This document shows, piece by piece, positions 41,727 to 57,287 of a DNA stretch of 64,000 bases. The notes beneath the pieces are model-generated. The model saw only the letters and a program-made list of their open reading frames with translations, was not told the DNA's origin and ran no database searches. Both the position numbers and the translations under genes were made by a program. The stretch comes from Eledone cirrhosa (Eukaryota), in assembly GCA_964016885.1 (NCBI GenBank), contig OZ024747.1, positions 44,206,001-44,270,000 of the forward strand. The letters run 5' to 3'. Every line of letters starts with the position of its first letter. Within the stretch, counting starts at the first letter, position 1.

Positions 41727-42723
41727 TACTGAGTAATTGCTGGCCTTGTGCCAAAAGTAGAAACAATTATTATTATTATTATTATTTGAATTGCAGACAT
41801 TTCATTTATCAGTAAAACGTGAAAACATCTACAAATTCCTCTTTCCTAGCCGTGATAATCAGTAAGAGAATCATGTTTAGAGTAGAAGGAAAAAATTAAA
41901 CAAAAACAGAAACTGAATTTTTAGAATTTGGTTTTATCTAATGAAATTTATTTTACTTTTCTTCTTTTGGTATTTTTTCTTTTTGTTTACATTTTTTTTT
42001 ATAAAAGAAAAATTTCATTTAGCAAGTTAAGAGCATTTACGTACACATCATTGTGGACAACAGGCTATGGAACATACATCACGAAAATAAGGAAATATTT
42101 ACAGGTTGATTTAATGCTAAGAACATGTAGAGCCTCCTTTGTTGACATACACCTACCTGACATTAAACACAGAGAAAGTTAAATTTTTAAATTCAAATAT
42201 TATTTCTAGAAGTAAATAAAGAAATCCTGTCCAGCCATCATAGTGGCATCCCAATTCTCATCTCACTGGTTAAATTATGATCTGCTTTCTCCATATTTCA
42301 AAAGAGACTTTTCAATGGAAAAAAACAAAACATTTTTGGAAAGTAATGGTTGAAAGTGTAGAGTTTCACAGTTAACACTAATTGCTGATTTGATCAGCTA
42401 GGCCATCTTAACAGCACAAGACAATAAAGCAGGGCTGAGAGACAGAGAGAGAAAGAAGAGAATAGAAAATTACAGCAGCCCTGACAATGAAAAGATAAAT
42501 GAATGAATTAGTAGTACTGCAAAGAGAAAAACAGGACAACAGGTGGGATGATGTTGTGGCTTTCAGTATCTGTTGATGATGAGATTAGAAAGGATTCAGC
42601 AACTAATGAAAGAATAGTTTGAAAACAGGATAACTTAGACCATGTAGGGAGGAAAATGGCAACACTGAAGAATAAAAATCTGAAATTAAAGCCAACATAC
42701 AAAAGAAGAAATAATTATTGTAA

Positions 42724-42902
42724 TAATTGTTTCTATTTTTGGCACAAGGCCAGCAATTACCCAGTACATTACTGGTACTTTATTTTATCGACCCCGTAAG
42801 GATGAAAGGCAAAGTTAACCTCGGTGGGATTTGAACTCAGATCATAAAGGGACGTAACTCTATGCTTCAAAGCATAGTGTCCGACTCTACCGATACTGCC
42901 AA
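42724..42902 (-). mobile_element. SINE family A
   Basis: Near full-length match to the family consensus. Confidence 0.85.
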
Positions 42903-44200
42903 TTCAATAATGATGTCTAATACAGGCCAGCAATTTGGTGGAGGAGGAAAGTTGATTATATCAACCCCAGTACTTAACTGGTACTTTATTTTATCAACCC
43001 TCAAAAGGATGAAAGGCAAAGTTTACCTTGGCGAGATTAGAACTCCGAATGTAAAGAGCCAAAATAAATGCTACATAGCATATTGCCCAATTCTGCTCCA
43101 CCAATTCTGCCAAACCTCCATAATTATAGCATAATCATAACAACTCTAAACTTAATAAATGAAAACAAAAAAAGAAACTTAAGATAAAAATGCACGAGCT
43201 TTGCAATATCGAAGTAACACCACAGATCTGAGTAATAATGATGATGATGATGATGATGAAGATAATGATGATGAGGATGATGATGATGGTGATGGTGACA
43301 TCTTAGTTGATGTTAGTGACCATGAAGCAGCAGCATTGGAAGAATAGTTGGCTGCCAAAATGACTTAGGTGAATCAAAATACTAAATAATAGCACCAACC
43401 CATTTGGACCAGTGATGGATGGGTTGGTGGTAGTGATCAGGGTGGAAACTTAAATCTGGTACATTACATCATAACACAGAGATCAACACAAGCACTGAAT
43501 CTTAAATAGAGAGAGACAGAGAATGTTCTTGAGCAAGAGTGAGAGACAGAAAGGAAAGTTACTAAAAATAGTAATTGATCAAATTAATGATGATGGAAGT
43601 CATCAAAGTGACAATGGAATAGAAGAAAAAAAAATTACAAAGGAGGAAATGGACAGGAGGGGAAGTAAATGTAAAATATAGTCAGCCATATAGCTTTTTG
43701 CCATTGATGTTTGGTTTAAAACTTCAGGCCAAACTATTGCTATTACTCACCATAAATGTGGAGAAGAAGAAAATAAAATTAAAAAAAAAAAAAAATTAAG
43801 GATCAATGAGAGAAAGTGTTTAACAGTCTTTCCTTTTTTTTTCTTTTTATGATTTTGTGGAACCTTAGAAAGACTGCCCAGTCATAGAAGTTCATATATT
43901 CTGTGGTTTGTGATGTTTGACAGCCAGCTAGCAGATAGGGAGAAGCCTCATGTTGAGGATTTCCAGCTGGCTAGCTAAACATCATCATCATCATCATTGT
44001 CAGCTTCACCAACAGCTGCCTGTTGCCTCCTCTTTTCTTTCCTCACTGTATAATACACAGTTCCTTGATAATTAGGCAATACTTGTAGTTGTTGTGGTTC
44101 CTAACTGCAACAACTCACCACACATGCTGTACTGTACCTGACAGACTGTATGGGTTGTAGTGTTTTTAAATTTTCATACATTTTATTTTTTCCTTTTAAT

Positions 44201-44473
<273 letters not shown>

Positions 44474-46969
44474 TTAAACTATCAACACTAGCCATTTCCA
44501 CCCATTACATGATTACGAAGTGCTGTAAAGTGATTAACGATAGAAAGAGTTAAAAGGACACTTCAGCAATATCAAAAATATGACAATCTTCTTAGTATGG
44601 GTGATACAATGCACTCTGTAGAGTGTGAGATCAGTAGTTGAGTACTGATATGGCCTGTAACAACCATCTTTCATCTTTTTGGATACCTAATATATTTGAC
44701 TGCTATTTCTAGTAGACCAAGTGACCATATAAGGTTTAGTATCATTGTCCCTTTACACCCTAAGCTAACCGGGACACAACTTTATATAATTGTATTAATA
44801 AGAAAATCTAGTATAATAAAAATATTTTGCAACTAAAGTCTGTATTATCATTCATATAATGAGATTTTGGATAAGTTTGTAATTCATATGTATATTAACT
44901 CTTAACATTCTTTCTGTTCCAGATATAACTGCATTAACAAGACATTCTAGAAAAGTATAATACAGCCTTTACTCTAATACTGCAATGATCATGTCCAGTA
45001 GTAAAGACAATAAAAACATTTGAATTTTAAAAGAAAAAAACTTTAAGATATCTGCTAAATCAGGATGTTAATAGATGTTTTTTGTTGTTGTGGCATCAGC
45101 ATTACCCACCTTACAAGGTGGACTGGGTGTTTAGTGTACATGGTTGTGCAGGGGAATGTCATGTTGGTCCCCAACTTCCCTTGGTGGCCTAAAAAGGGAG
45201 GTATTTTGGTGTGCCAGACTTTCCAGAGTTGGGAATGCAAGCAAGTTAAGCAGGGAAGGTGAATCAGTCAAGGTTCCTCCTAGATTTCCATACTATCATC
45301 AGGTGTCCTATTCTTGGGCATGCATCAGTAGTCTAGTACACAAGAATATTATTATCATCACCATAAGTTTAGAAATAACATGTTTCTAGATTGACCCAGG
45401 CTGGGCAATTAGTAAACATTTAAGAATAAGGTACCACCTAATGATGTCTGGAGATCAAATTGATCAAAATATAGCACAAAGAAATCTTCCACCCCTAACA
45501 TTGTGGTTAATAAACTGAAACAGACACCATGGCTTGTCAAGAGGCTTCTTATCAGGGACACTTATCATTCAGCATAGATAACATACAGACACAGGTAGCA
45601 GGAAACATTAACAAGTGACAAGGACTTCAGTGCTTATAATATACTTACTTAAATAAATAAGCAATAAAATTTGAATAATAACTCAACCTTAATATGAAAG
45701 AAAGAAAGAAATGGCAAGTAAGTTAAAGTAAAAGGGTTAATCTAAATAACATTTACACATTAACTAGTTGCCAGTTGCAGGTAGACAAATAACTTTTCAA
45801 CAAACATTTGCAGAGAACCTGCTGAATGTGAGCTGCCAAAAGCATCTTAACCTACTTGACAAATCTGTGAACCACTACTTGTCACAAGTAGATTCTCTCT
45901 TCTCTACAATCTAGTCAAACTTTAATGTCACAAACTGGCAGGCAGGTATTGAAAAGTTAAACACTGATTCCTTAAATGTTGAGTGAATTATTCAATGCAC
46001 TTATTCTTCTTTGATGATTATCTTTCCATTAAAGACCCTTTCAGGGGAGAACTAAGCAATTTTCCTTTAAGACACTCAGTCTTGGAGAACTGTCAATGTA
46101 GTTTGACAAGCAGAAGTCATGGCTCTGTTTCTTAGTCTTGCACTGTTGATTGTCATCCTTTTCCTCACCATCAACACAGTTAGGTCATCTGTTTAGCTGC
46201 TTTAACAGTTAACACCCAAGTGAATGTAAAAAATTAACAACATTGCAATCCCTTGATTGTATAAAATTTTAAAACCAACTACCAACATTAATTGATTTAA
46301 TATTCCTTTTTCTAAAACTACAAGAGTCAAAAATCTTCACCCCACCCCCATAGCAAAAATCTAGGGACATTTTAAATGTGGATTTCACAAGCTGGAGTGA
46401 AGGCAAGCCATCTAAGAAAGAGTTAATCCTGAATAAAACTTATAGAGAGATGAGGACTCTGCAAGTTACAGCAAAGACAACTCATTAAAGGGAGCACTAA
46501 CTGTGAATAAAAACTGAAACAGCACAGAGGAGTTACTTTAGTTGCGACAGTCTCTCTACTATAGGTGGCATGATAAAATGTAGCCAGTCCATGCTGAAAA
46601 AGTAGGAACTTAGTAGCACTGTGAACCTAATGTAAACAGTACTCACTATTCTACATTGTCTCCATTTATTCTATATAATATACCAAAACAGTGAAATATA
46701 AAGGAGTGAAAGGGGAGAGGGTATGTTGAGAGAAACAGTAACACAAGTATGATGCGGGGAGAGTGTGGAAAGGGGAGTAAAAGAAGAGGGATAGTGCTGG
46801 AATATACATGTATGTATATGGCCTGATCCATTGCCGAGAGGACGTTCTGTTCACTTTTTTCATCCTATGTTGAGTTTGTATTATAAAATCTTAACCATTT
46901 ACATTATGAGTGTATATATATATATATAGATATATATTATTATTATTCAATACCTCTTTTCTTGTTTAA

Positions 46970-47173
46970 CTCTTTAGCATTTACATTACTCTATATTTAC
47001 AATTGTATTTTCATAGTAAACACTTTATCTCACATAATATCGAATCTACGAGATTTTGATATGTATTTTGAGAACAATACTTAACATCAGTATGTGCAGC
47101 CTGTTATGGCCGATTTGAACAGAAAGAGATGAGAGACTTCTGGCTGAAATCAGTCGGTTTAAATGCAAAAGGG
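46970..47173. mobile_element. piggyBac-type MITE with TTAA TSD; copies at 50427-50623, 58500-58672, 58876-59073, 61847-62065
   Basis: ttaa-C(C/T)CTTTAGCATTT ... AAATGC(T/A)AAAGGG-ttaa termini and shared internal sequence. Confidence 0.85.
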
Positions 47174-48229
47174 TTAACAAAATGTTGCTTTGAAGGAGAG
47201 ATGAGAACTATTTCTAACAAACTGAGCAAAGATCATTCATTTTCATTTCATTTTTACGTCCGCTTTTTCCCTGCTTGCAAGGGTGGGACGGGAACTGATT
47301 CTGGCTTGATTTCTACAGCTGGATGCCCTTCCTAACACCAACCTCATTTACAGTGAGTGCTGGGTGCTTTTTGCCGTGGCACCTACACGACCACTTTGCA
47401 GTGGAATGATAGGGACCCCAGTCCCTATCATCTCATTTCTACAGCTGAGTAAACTGGAGCAATGTGAAATAAAGTGTCTTGCTCAAGGAAACAACACATC
47501 ACCCGGTCTGAGAATTGAACTCACAACCTTTCGATTGCAAGGCCAATGCTCTAACCACTAAGCCATGTACCTCCACATGTAGAGACTATCTCACTGGCTC
47601 GATTTATAAACTGAATTTGTATTAAATGTAGAATGCCTGTTCTTTGCTTAGTTTGTTTTAGTCATTATTGAGGTGATAGAAGAAAAAAAAGATAAATTTG
47701 TATTCCAGATGACCTAATTAGCAGTAGAAGAGGTTGCTCTTAGAGCATAGTAGCTAGAATAAGAACAGGTTGGCAAAAGTTCAGGGAACAACTATCTCTG
47801 TTGATAAAGGAATTTTCTTGACAAACGAAAGCCATGCTGGAGCATTACTGTTTATGTGGTGGAAGGGGTTTATTAATTAAGAATTCAAAAGCTGCTTGAT
47901 AAAACTGAAACTTGTTTAAATCTTTTTTTTTTATTTAAATATAATTTAACAGAATGACATACAAAATCAAAATAGAGAAACATTCATGAAACTATGATAC
48001 TTGGGATAATATTTTAAATTAAATATAAAATAAATATTAAGTATTTACATTTAATATAGAGTTTAAGACGGCTCAGTAACTTGGGAAGATGCTAGTCTCA
48101 GGTGGGTTGTCATTGAAAAAATTAATTGGAATTGAACCAGAAATCTCAAACTCAATAAAGCAATTTTTCAATTTTGTTTTAACATCATAACTTATCGAAG
48201 TGTTAGAAAAAAAAAAAAAGATTAATATG

Positions 48230-48740
48230 TATTCCAGGTGACCTAATTAGCAGTAGAAGAGGTTGCTCTAAAAGGACAGTAGCTAGAATAAGATCTGGTT
48301 CGAAAAAGTTCAGGGAGCAACTACCTCTGTTGATAAAGGAAGGGTAGATTGTGATAGAAGAAGTGCAATGTTGTATGGCAGTGAAACATGAGTGGTAAAT
48401 GCAGAGGATACATGGAGACTGCAGAGAGAGAAACAATGAGAGTATACTCTGTTGCATGTGTAATGTTAGAGTGCATGATGAAATATATGCAAGAGAAAAA
48501 ACTGCACTGGTATGCACATGTGATGTGTATGGATGATGGACAATGAATGCTGGGTGAAGAAGTGCCAGGAGACATCAGCAGAAAGAAGCTGCAGTAAAGG
48601 AAAAATGAGAAAAATTGGGCAGAGATGGCGAGAGCTGATCTCAGAGGAGATGACAGGAATGCTATGAGTAAGAGGAGGCTGTGCTGGAAGGGGCCACTCC
48701 AACCCATGCAAATATGGAAAAATGGACATAAAATGATGAT
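48230..48740 (+). pseudogene. Decayed RTE LINE 3' fragment (partial duplicate at 47707-47835)
   Basis: GDLISSRRGCSKRTVARIRSGSKKFREQLPLL aligns with GDKISSGGGCSESTVARVRTGWKKFRELIPLL of the 40921 ORF; ends with an aacccatgc..tggaaaaatggac..aaaatgatgat tail. Confidence 0.8.
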
Positions 48741-49848
48741 ATATCTAGGAGTTCATTACCAAAAGTTCTTCGATTATGATATCAAACTGAGTTCAGTCTG
48801 ATAGTTATTTTATTGGTCTCTTATGACTAAGTTAACTTGGCAGACTTCTGCAGATTTTCTGTCTGTCAAATTAAAATTAAAAGGCAGATGTGTGTGTTTA
48901 TTCTTTACATAGACTTTTACATCACAAATTACTGCCATTTGGACATTTTACCTCTTAACATCAAACCACTAGCAACCACCCTTCATTTCTCTTAAAATCC
49001 TGCAATGAGTTAGCGGAAAATAATTTAAAACTGCTTTGTTAATTCAGATGTTTATAGTATCCTTACAAGTAGACAGATCACTGAAAATTTGCTGTAAACT
49101 AAAGTAAAGATTTCAATCAATTCTTAATGTAATAGTCTCAATGCTGTCTCATACTTTTCAGGAATGTCTTGTTAATGCAGTTTGATGCAATACAGTACAA
49201 TAAGAGTTAATAATGAGAAAGTTAGTTATTACTAAATCTCTCCAAACATGATTATTTTCAAGAAGCCTGGTAACGAAAGGGTTAAATAGTAAAGTTGCTC
49301 CAAGCTCCCACCTAACACCAGAATTGATCCATTCCATTGTTTGTCTGCAGTATAATCACCACCATACAAAGGTTTAACTTCTATCCTTGCCAAACATCAA
49401 AACTGGTTGTTGTTATATTGCTGCTGTCAGCTAGTCACAGTGAATGGAATGAGAACAGATACGGAGGAGGAAGAGGAGTAGGGGTGTTTCCTATTTATTT
49501 GTTAGAACTGATTTCCATTTAGACAGTTCCCTTGACAAGACAAGGAACAGATAGAAGAGGGTAGGAGATGACAGGTGATAAAACTCCACCCTTCCTGCCC
49601 TGTCACCACACCAATAAGGACATAACATCATCATAAGTCACAAGTCACAGCAATTGGTGGTGATCAGAGCTAAGCTTAGGGAAGTTTAGTGAAAGAATAG
49701 TTAATGGGTAAGAAAGGGGGGCAAGAGAAGGGAAAGCATTCAGCAATACAACTAATTAAATGATAAACTAGAAGAAAATAGTCACCTATGCAGCAGTTTC
49801 TTTCTTAACATTATGAATCTATACTAATGCTACTTGGTGAATACATGT

Positions 49849-49955
49849 GAGAGAGAGGAGAGAGAGAGAGAGAGAGAGAAAGAAGAGAGAGAGAAAGAGA
49901 AAGAGAGAGAAAGAGAGAGAGAGAGAGAGAAAGAAAGAGATAAAGAGAGAGAGAC
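49849..49955. repeat. (AG)n microsatellite
   Basis: Directly visible. Confidence 0.95.
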
Positions 49956-52832
49956 AAGGAAAACATATATGCACAGCTTTTCTTCTATTTATTATATCCA
50001 ATTAAACCATGTATTGGTGCACAGGAATAGTCATTATCTTAAGACGAGATACAAGAACTAGCTGAGGAAACTGTATGGACCTTTAGCATGTGTAGAGAAA
50101 TAATAAAAGGATTTCTGAAATGAGATTAGTAACCATTTAAGCAGTCTATTTGTTGATTTACACACTGGTTACATGTCGCTAAATCACATCCAGTAAAATT
50201 AATCAATTTATAAAGGAGTAGCTTAAGTCAAGAAAATTGGAAATGGTGGGAGGAAAAGTCTGTTTAACCCGTTTCATAAAATACAAAACTGTTTTTAATG
50301 AAGTGTATAATCATCATCATCATTTTACGTCCGCTTTTCCCTGCTTGCAAGGATATATGCATCTAAAAATGTTCCATCATAATTTTTTTTATTATAAGAG
50401 TTTTTATGTCTCAAATATTCCCTTAACCCTTTAGCATTTAAACCAGTCACATTCTCCCACTTCTTTCTGTTCAAACCAACCATAATTGGCTGCTTATACC
50501 AATGTTTAGGTATTGCTCTCAAAATAAACAACAGCAAAATATCATTGCTTTGATATTATGCGAGATAAAGCTTTTACCGTGAAAATACAATAGTAAATAT
50601 AGAGTAATGTAAATGCTAAAGAGTTAATGAGAAAAATAGTTATATTACTAAGTCCTTCCAAATTCTTAATTATTTTCAAAACCATTCATAAATCATAGCC
50701 AGTGTCTTTCATGAGAAATATAGTAATTAAAATGTTTATATATGATACTGCCAGCCAACAGAGCCTCTACAGGGTGGCTCAATTTACATGATACAGCAGT
50801 CATTACCATTTACATCTATTTTCCATGCTTGTATGAGTTAGACGGCTATCACATGCTGAGGTCAGACCAGTCAAGGGAAGAGGTCTGACTTGTATGCTAT
50901 GCTTTGGCTTGGTTTCTTTGTGGCAACCACTTTACAGCATGTACTGGGAACATGGTTTCTACAGCAGGATGTACTTAACACCAACCACTTCACCGTATGT
51001 ACTGAGCGCATTTTATCATGACACCAGCACTACCGCCTTAGAGGTTGAGTGGGTACTTTTGTTGTAGCACCATCAATACCTCATTACAGCACTAGGGTGT
51101 TTAGTGTACTTACTCTTGCTGGAGAGGCATTGGAGGGGGTTGGGGCTGGAGTACACAATGTACTGCTGGAAGTGGGGGTGCCACGAAGGTGGCCTTGAAG
51201 CTAGTGGATAGTGTCTGACATATAGTGGGAGGTCTTGATTTCCCTTGATAGCCCAAAAGAGGAGTTTATATACCATTTGCAGTAGGGGAAGGGTGTGTCC
51301 TTGGAGCAAGCAGCTGGGTAGGTGAAGTCTGGTTTTTTTCAGGTGTATCAGGCTTTCCTGGCTTGAGAAAGTGTCAGAGGTGCAAGGATTGTTTTAGCTC
51401 CCCATGCCAGCATAAGTTGGGCAAAGAAGTCAGGAGTATACTAGCAGGTGAGTGAGAAACAGTTGTTTTATCTCTCTGCTTATTCAGTTTAGGGTGAAGG
51501 GTATCAGGTGTATGATGGCAGCAAATTGAGTGTATACTGAGGGGGGATTTCCGGCACTCACAATACGCAAACAATAGTAGGTAATATATATAGCATTTTT
51601 ATTTTATTTTAAATGTTAAGCACACTCATAACACCTCTCCAAGAATATATATCTATTCTCTTACTGGTGTTAGGTCATGCTGGGACACCGCCATGGAGGG
51701 TTGTAGTCCTTCATATCGACTTTGGTATTTAATTTGATCACTAATTGCCAAACTGCTAAGTTATAAAACATAAATTAACACATAGTTATAAGGACAGATA
51801 CACATGCACACACACGACTTTCCTCAGTTTCTGCCAACAAAATATCACTCAGAAGGTATTGGTCTAGCTGAGGCTACACATGAAGTTACCCAACTGAATC
51901 CCCTCAGTGGAATTGAACACAGAATCACGTTGTTGCAAAGGAGACTGTTTAATCATACAGCTATTATAAAATTTTCTATATTAACACATTGATTAATGTG
52001 TCATTAAAAACTGTCCATGTCGACTTTAGCAACATTAGTAGGCTTTGTCTCCAAAGGGCTACTAAGCCTAATGAATATACTTCGATACACATTTGTAATT
52101 AAACATATAGAGAGAGAAAAGATAGAACAACATATATAGACAATATCAATATACACAGCTTGCAATATTTACAGTACAGCAATAATTCATGTTGACAAGT
52201 AAAGCTAATGTTTTAATCACTTTACCAAGCTAAAATACATAACAAAATGATTATACTAGTGTAATCAGACTGACTCATGATTTGTTTTAAAGTGGAAATG
52301 GGAATAATTGGACATGGTTGACAAAGTCAAATCTAAATTTAGCAAATCCATTAGCAATGAGATCTTGCAAGATAATTAATAAATTTAGCAAACCCATTAA
52401 TGCCAAATGTTTCAGATATCCCCAAACCCAACAAAATCCATTATTATCAAGCCTTTAAAAAACATAATACAAACATAAGCACCCCCCAAGACCACTCATC
52501 ACTTTTTTTGTTCTTTGTTACATAAAATGAATGGCACTCTTTGCCTTGAAGAACATCACTAAAAGGTCAAAAACTGTCAGACCAAATTACTTGCTGGGAC
52601 ACAATAGCTACAGAAACCCTTTACAGGTACACACACCCACACATTCTCACAAATCAAAATACATATTGGATACAGAGCACTTGGCAAACAAGTTCCAGTC
52701 AACCAGTTCATTATTGAACTCTGTCATTATCACATTTATAATGAAATATTTGTCATCATCATCATTGTCATTTAATACCGATTTTCCCTGCTAGCAAGGG
52801 CTGGGGGCCTGCATCTTGCTTACTGCACTCTA

Positions 52833-53600
52833 CAGTGGTGGACTGGGTCTAAAAATATTGGGTGCCAGGAGATAAAGGGGACTCACCCACATATAGAATG
52901 CTATCATTTAATTTTTTTAATGAATAAATAACATTTTCAAAAAATACATAAGTGAAAATAAAACAGTGCAATCAAATTTTTGCAGAAAAAAATGTGTATT
53001 TTCTTTTTTACTAATTATAGTGTATATATACTGTACATATTACTTACTGGCAGTATACAGTAATACTAAATGTTATAATTGTATTTTTAAATAATTGGGA
53101 ATGTATAGTATACTGCTATTTAGAGTAGAGTATGGAAGTGACCGTTCTCCAATAAAAAAAAATATAAAGTACCCTGTGAAATATACACAGAGACTTTCAA
53201 TAATGACCTTTCGTCTTTCACACTCACTCAATATATATATCAGGGAGTATGTGTGTTAATGTGTATATATATAGATTTTTATATATATGTATACATACAT
53301 GCTTTCAACTTGCAGCTTGTGTGTATATGTAAGTATGTGTGTGTATATATAGGTGTGTGTGTGTGTCCGTCCATCTATGCATGCATAAATTTAGAGAACC
53401 AGTGATTCCAACTGTTAGAACTATCATATATTTTGATTTCTATTAATTCCCTAGGGAATTGTTTGACTAAATGCTTTGCTTATTTGTTTTTTAAAATTTG
53501 TTATACTTCTCTAAGACTTTTTTTAAAGATATTTTTTGAAAGCAAAGCATTGGCCCCTAAAATACTAACTACAGTGGGCCCCCTGACCAGTCCGCCACTG
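52833..53600. mobile_element. Candidate non-autonomous hAT-like element
   Basis: 14-bp TIR CAGTGG(T/C)GGACTGG at both ends; no TSD seen. Confidence 0.5.
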
Positions 53601-53829
53601 ATGGCACCAGTACTAGGGAAGTTGTCACGCCTTCGACACAACTAAAGAGCCCTCTCAACCATTTTACAGACTGTATTGGATATCTTTTGTGCTATTAACA
53701 CTAAAAAGGTACACTTACTTTCTTTTTGCTGTTATCTAACACAGCATAAACATTTAATGAAAACTCATTACACAAAAGTGAACTGAAGAACTAAATGTCT
53801 CAGCAACTTACAGTTTATTTACACATACT

Positions 53830-53898
<69 letters not shown>

Positions 53899-55020
53899 CA
53901 TTGGGCTTGCAATCGAAAGGTTGTGAGTTCAATTCTCGGACCGGGTGATGTGTTGTTTCCTTGAGCAAGACACTTTATTTCACATTGGACTGGGGTCCCC
54001 ATCATTCCACTGCAAAGTGGACGTGTAGGCATCACAGAAAAAGAAAAGCACCCAGCACTCACTGTAAATGAGGTTGGTGTTAGGAAGGGCATCCAGCTGT
54101 AGAAATCAAGCCAGAATAGTTCTCGTATGAGCATGACAAGGTCCCCCGACCAGACACTGCCCACAACAGGACAACCCATCTAACCCATGCTAGCGTGGAA
54201 TAACGGACGTAAAACGGTGATGATATATATATATATACACACGCACACTTTTAAGTGAGGAAAGGCTTTGCATGGGGCTAATCCCACTCTCTGAACATAT
54301 ATATAACGCAAAAAGTGTGGTAAGGAACCAGGTGGACCATAACATACCAGAGTACTCGATACCTTGGGTAGTAGAGTGGGTAATAGGAAAAGAGTCAGGA
54401 CCCCAACAGTAGAGCTCAAGCCATTTCAACAGCTATTTCTGGACCAGAAATAGCCATCGAGGTCCTGTCTCTTTTCCTTTTACATATATATTTGTACACA
54501 CACACACACATAGATATAAGAGAAAAATCAGTTGAATTTATATTTTTTTAATAAAATGAATATATAAATAAGTTTGTGAAATTATGGTTGGTATTTCCAG
54601 TTAAGACATTTAAAAAAATCTAAATAACATACTGCATAAATAAACCCAAATATTTACCCACATGTCTAGTCTTCATCCAAAATCACATATGTGTGTGTGT
54701 GTATATATATATATATAAATAAATAGAGCTATTTAAGTGAAACTAAAGCAGGCAGAAATAAGTGTTGTTATTATTGTTAAAAATCTATTTTATTTTAAAA
54801 AAATGTTTCTTATTCTATTAGATTTCAGTTGTCTAACAATGAGTGAGTAGCTCCTTTATTAGCCAGTCTTTTTATTCAACATCAAAGTCAGCAGAATTGA
54901 AGCAAATTTCAAATATCTACTTCATGAAATTAATCATAGTTTCAACAGAAATACACCATATCTATTGAGAAAAACACATGTACATATACACTATTACAGG
55001 AATTCATATAGATATAGATG

Positions 55021-55078
<58 letters not shown>

Positions 55079-57238
55079 ATACACTATATATATATATATA
55101 CACATACATCCATACACATATATATAGACAGACAGATAGAAAATTACATATGCAGTCCTAGATACAACGAATAAGGCAGGATGGTCACAGCTGGAATTCC
55201 TGTTACCATTATAGCTGTGTTCAATGACAACTGTATTGGGAATAAACAGCATCAAGTAGTGTCACTACTCATTTCACAAGGATAAATGAAACAGATAAGG
55301 AAAAGTTTACAACATACAAAACCCACATACTGGTGTTGCCTTTCATATCAGTAATTAAAACATACCCAATTATTATTATTATAATTATTATAGTTATTTA
55401 CGTTGGGCTGACTATATTTCAAATTTTTTGTTTCTACAATCAAAGATTGTGATATATTTTGACATTGAAGTGGTTAACTAATTATTGAGATTATTGGTTT
55501 TAACCCTTTACATTACTAGGATTATTTTTTTTAAGCAGACAGACAGAGAGAGAGAGAGAGAAAGAAAGGGAGAGAGAGAGAGAGACACGCACAATCAGTG
55601 TAGCAATGTTGACGAAATTACATAAATATAACACATTTTAAGGGAATAAAATTAAAAAACTATAAACAAAACCGAACAGCTTGCTACTTTTAATTATTAA
55701 ACCAGTAAGTAATAGTTAAAGATGGACTACAGATTTAACAATACTAATTAACTACCTTCGAAATATATATTGTTAAAATAAAATATACCAAAGAAAATCA
55801 CACAACTTAGTTTATTAAAAGAGTGCCAAACAGAAGTTGTAGAAGAAAATATAGATAGAATGGAGAGATTGAATGAGAGCTAAACAAGGTAAAGAAAGTG
55901 GGAGAAATGAAGAAGATATGTGAGGAGTGAAAAGGAAGAAAGGGTGAAAGAGAGGAGGGTGGCTGTAGCTAACTGGACATCTTACCTTACCCAGTGTCCA
56001 TAAACAACTCAATATGAAGAAGACATTAATCAATTGTGGAAATAAAATGATAACTCAGCTGCCCCAACTAATAATTTTTCTATTGTCTTTTGAAGTGTAA
56101 CCATCTTGTAGCAGATAAGGAAAGATGGGCAGGCAGGCAGACATTCTGATACAAAGAAAAGTCACCTCTGTTGAGCTCTCTAACTAGAGTATCAGGATAT
56201 TATCAGTCAAAAGTAGTAGAGTTACAAAACACACACAGATACATACATACATACATACATACATATGCAAACCACTCACAGTTCATACATACACACTTTT
56301 ATACTGAAATAAATAAAACAAACACATAATTCAATATATTGACCAAGCAAAGAGTCAATCTATCAAGATATCAAAATAGCATCTTAACTAATTGTTGATT
56401 ATATTTTCTGGACTGATAGGTCTTTATCTCTTTTAGTTTTATAGTCCAGGAAAAACAAAGAACAAACACACACACAGACATAGAAAACAAAATTTACAGT
56501 AAAAGTAAATTAGATGCACACATGTGTACACAACTGTACAACACTCATCAGAGATGGGGAAGGGAGTAGGCCATTTATCAGACCATTAAAGAGGATAAAA
56601 CAAAGATTATGAGACTTTAAAGGAAAGAGAGAGGGTCAAAGCTGGTCATTTCACTAACTTTGGTCAATTGTAGCTTGATTTGTTGTTTCAGGAATTCTCT
56701 TGTGGACCCCCACCTTCCAGCCACTGTCACCTCCCACCAAACTTGTTATCTCGGCATCATAAATATTTCATGACAACTGTTCAGGATCAATCACTCACCA
56801 ATATTGATGGAATCTCAGCAATGTGAGATATGTGCGCGCGCCATGGTAGTGGTGGTTATTAATATCAGGAAGTATGTGTGTGTGTGTGCACGCACACCCA
56901 CATTGAGCATTATATGACTAGTACACTTAGCAGAATAGTGATATGTCTGCATGCATATATAAAAGTAGATCTGTATCAGTTTTAACTGAACAACCTACTT
57001 GTGGAATTAACATGTAAGTGGCTGAGTATTCCAGATGGTTAATGTAATCCCCTGGCCCTTTAAATTATAGGTAAAATCCATCAGATGAATTTTCAGTTAC
57101 TATCTAACCAATATAACCCACAATGTTTTAATCAACAAATAATATGAAACAGAATATAAGAAAGTTTACTAAATCATGTCACTCCAACCTATATGGTCAG
57201 AGTGTGATAACCTACTCAACCCATGCCACGTGGAAAGA

Positions 57239-57287
<49 letters not shown>

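Noticed and set aside
51050-51580. Possible I-clade LINE gag remnant (PNPLQC), also near 45200
   Set aside because: Too decayed to assign without a search
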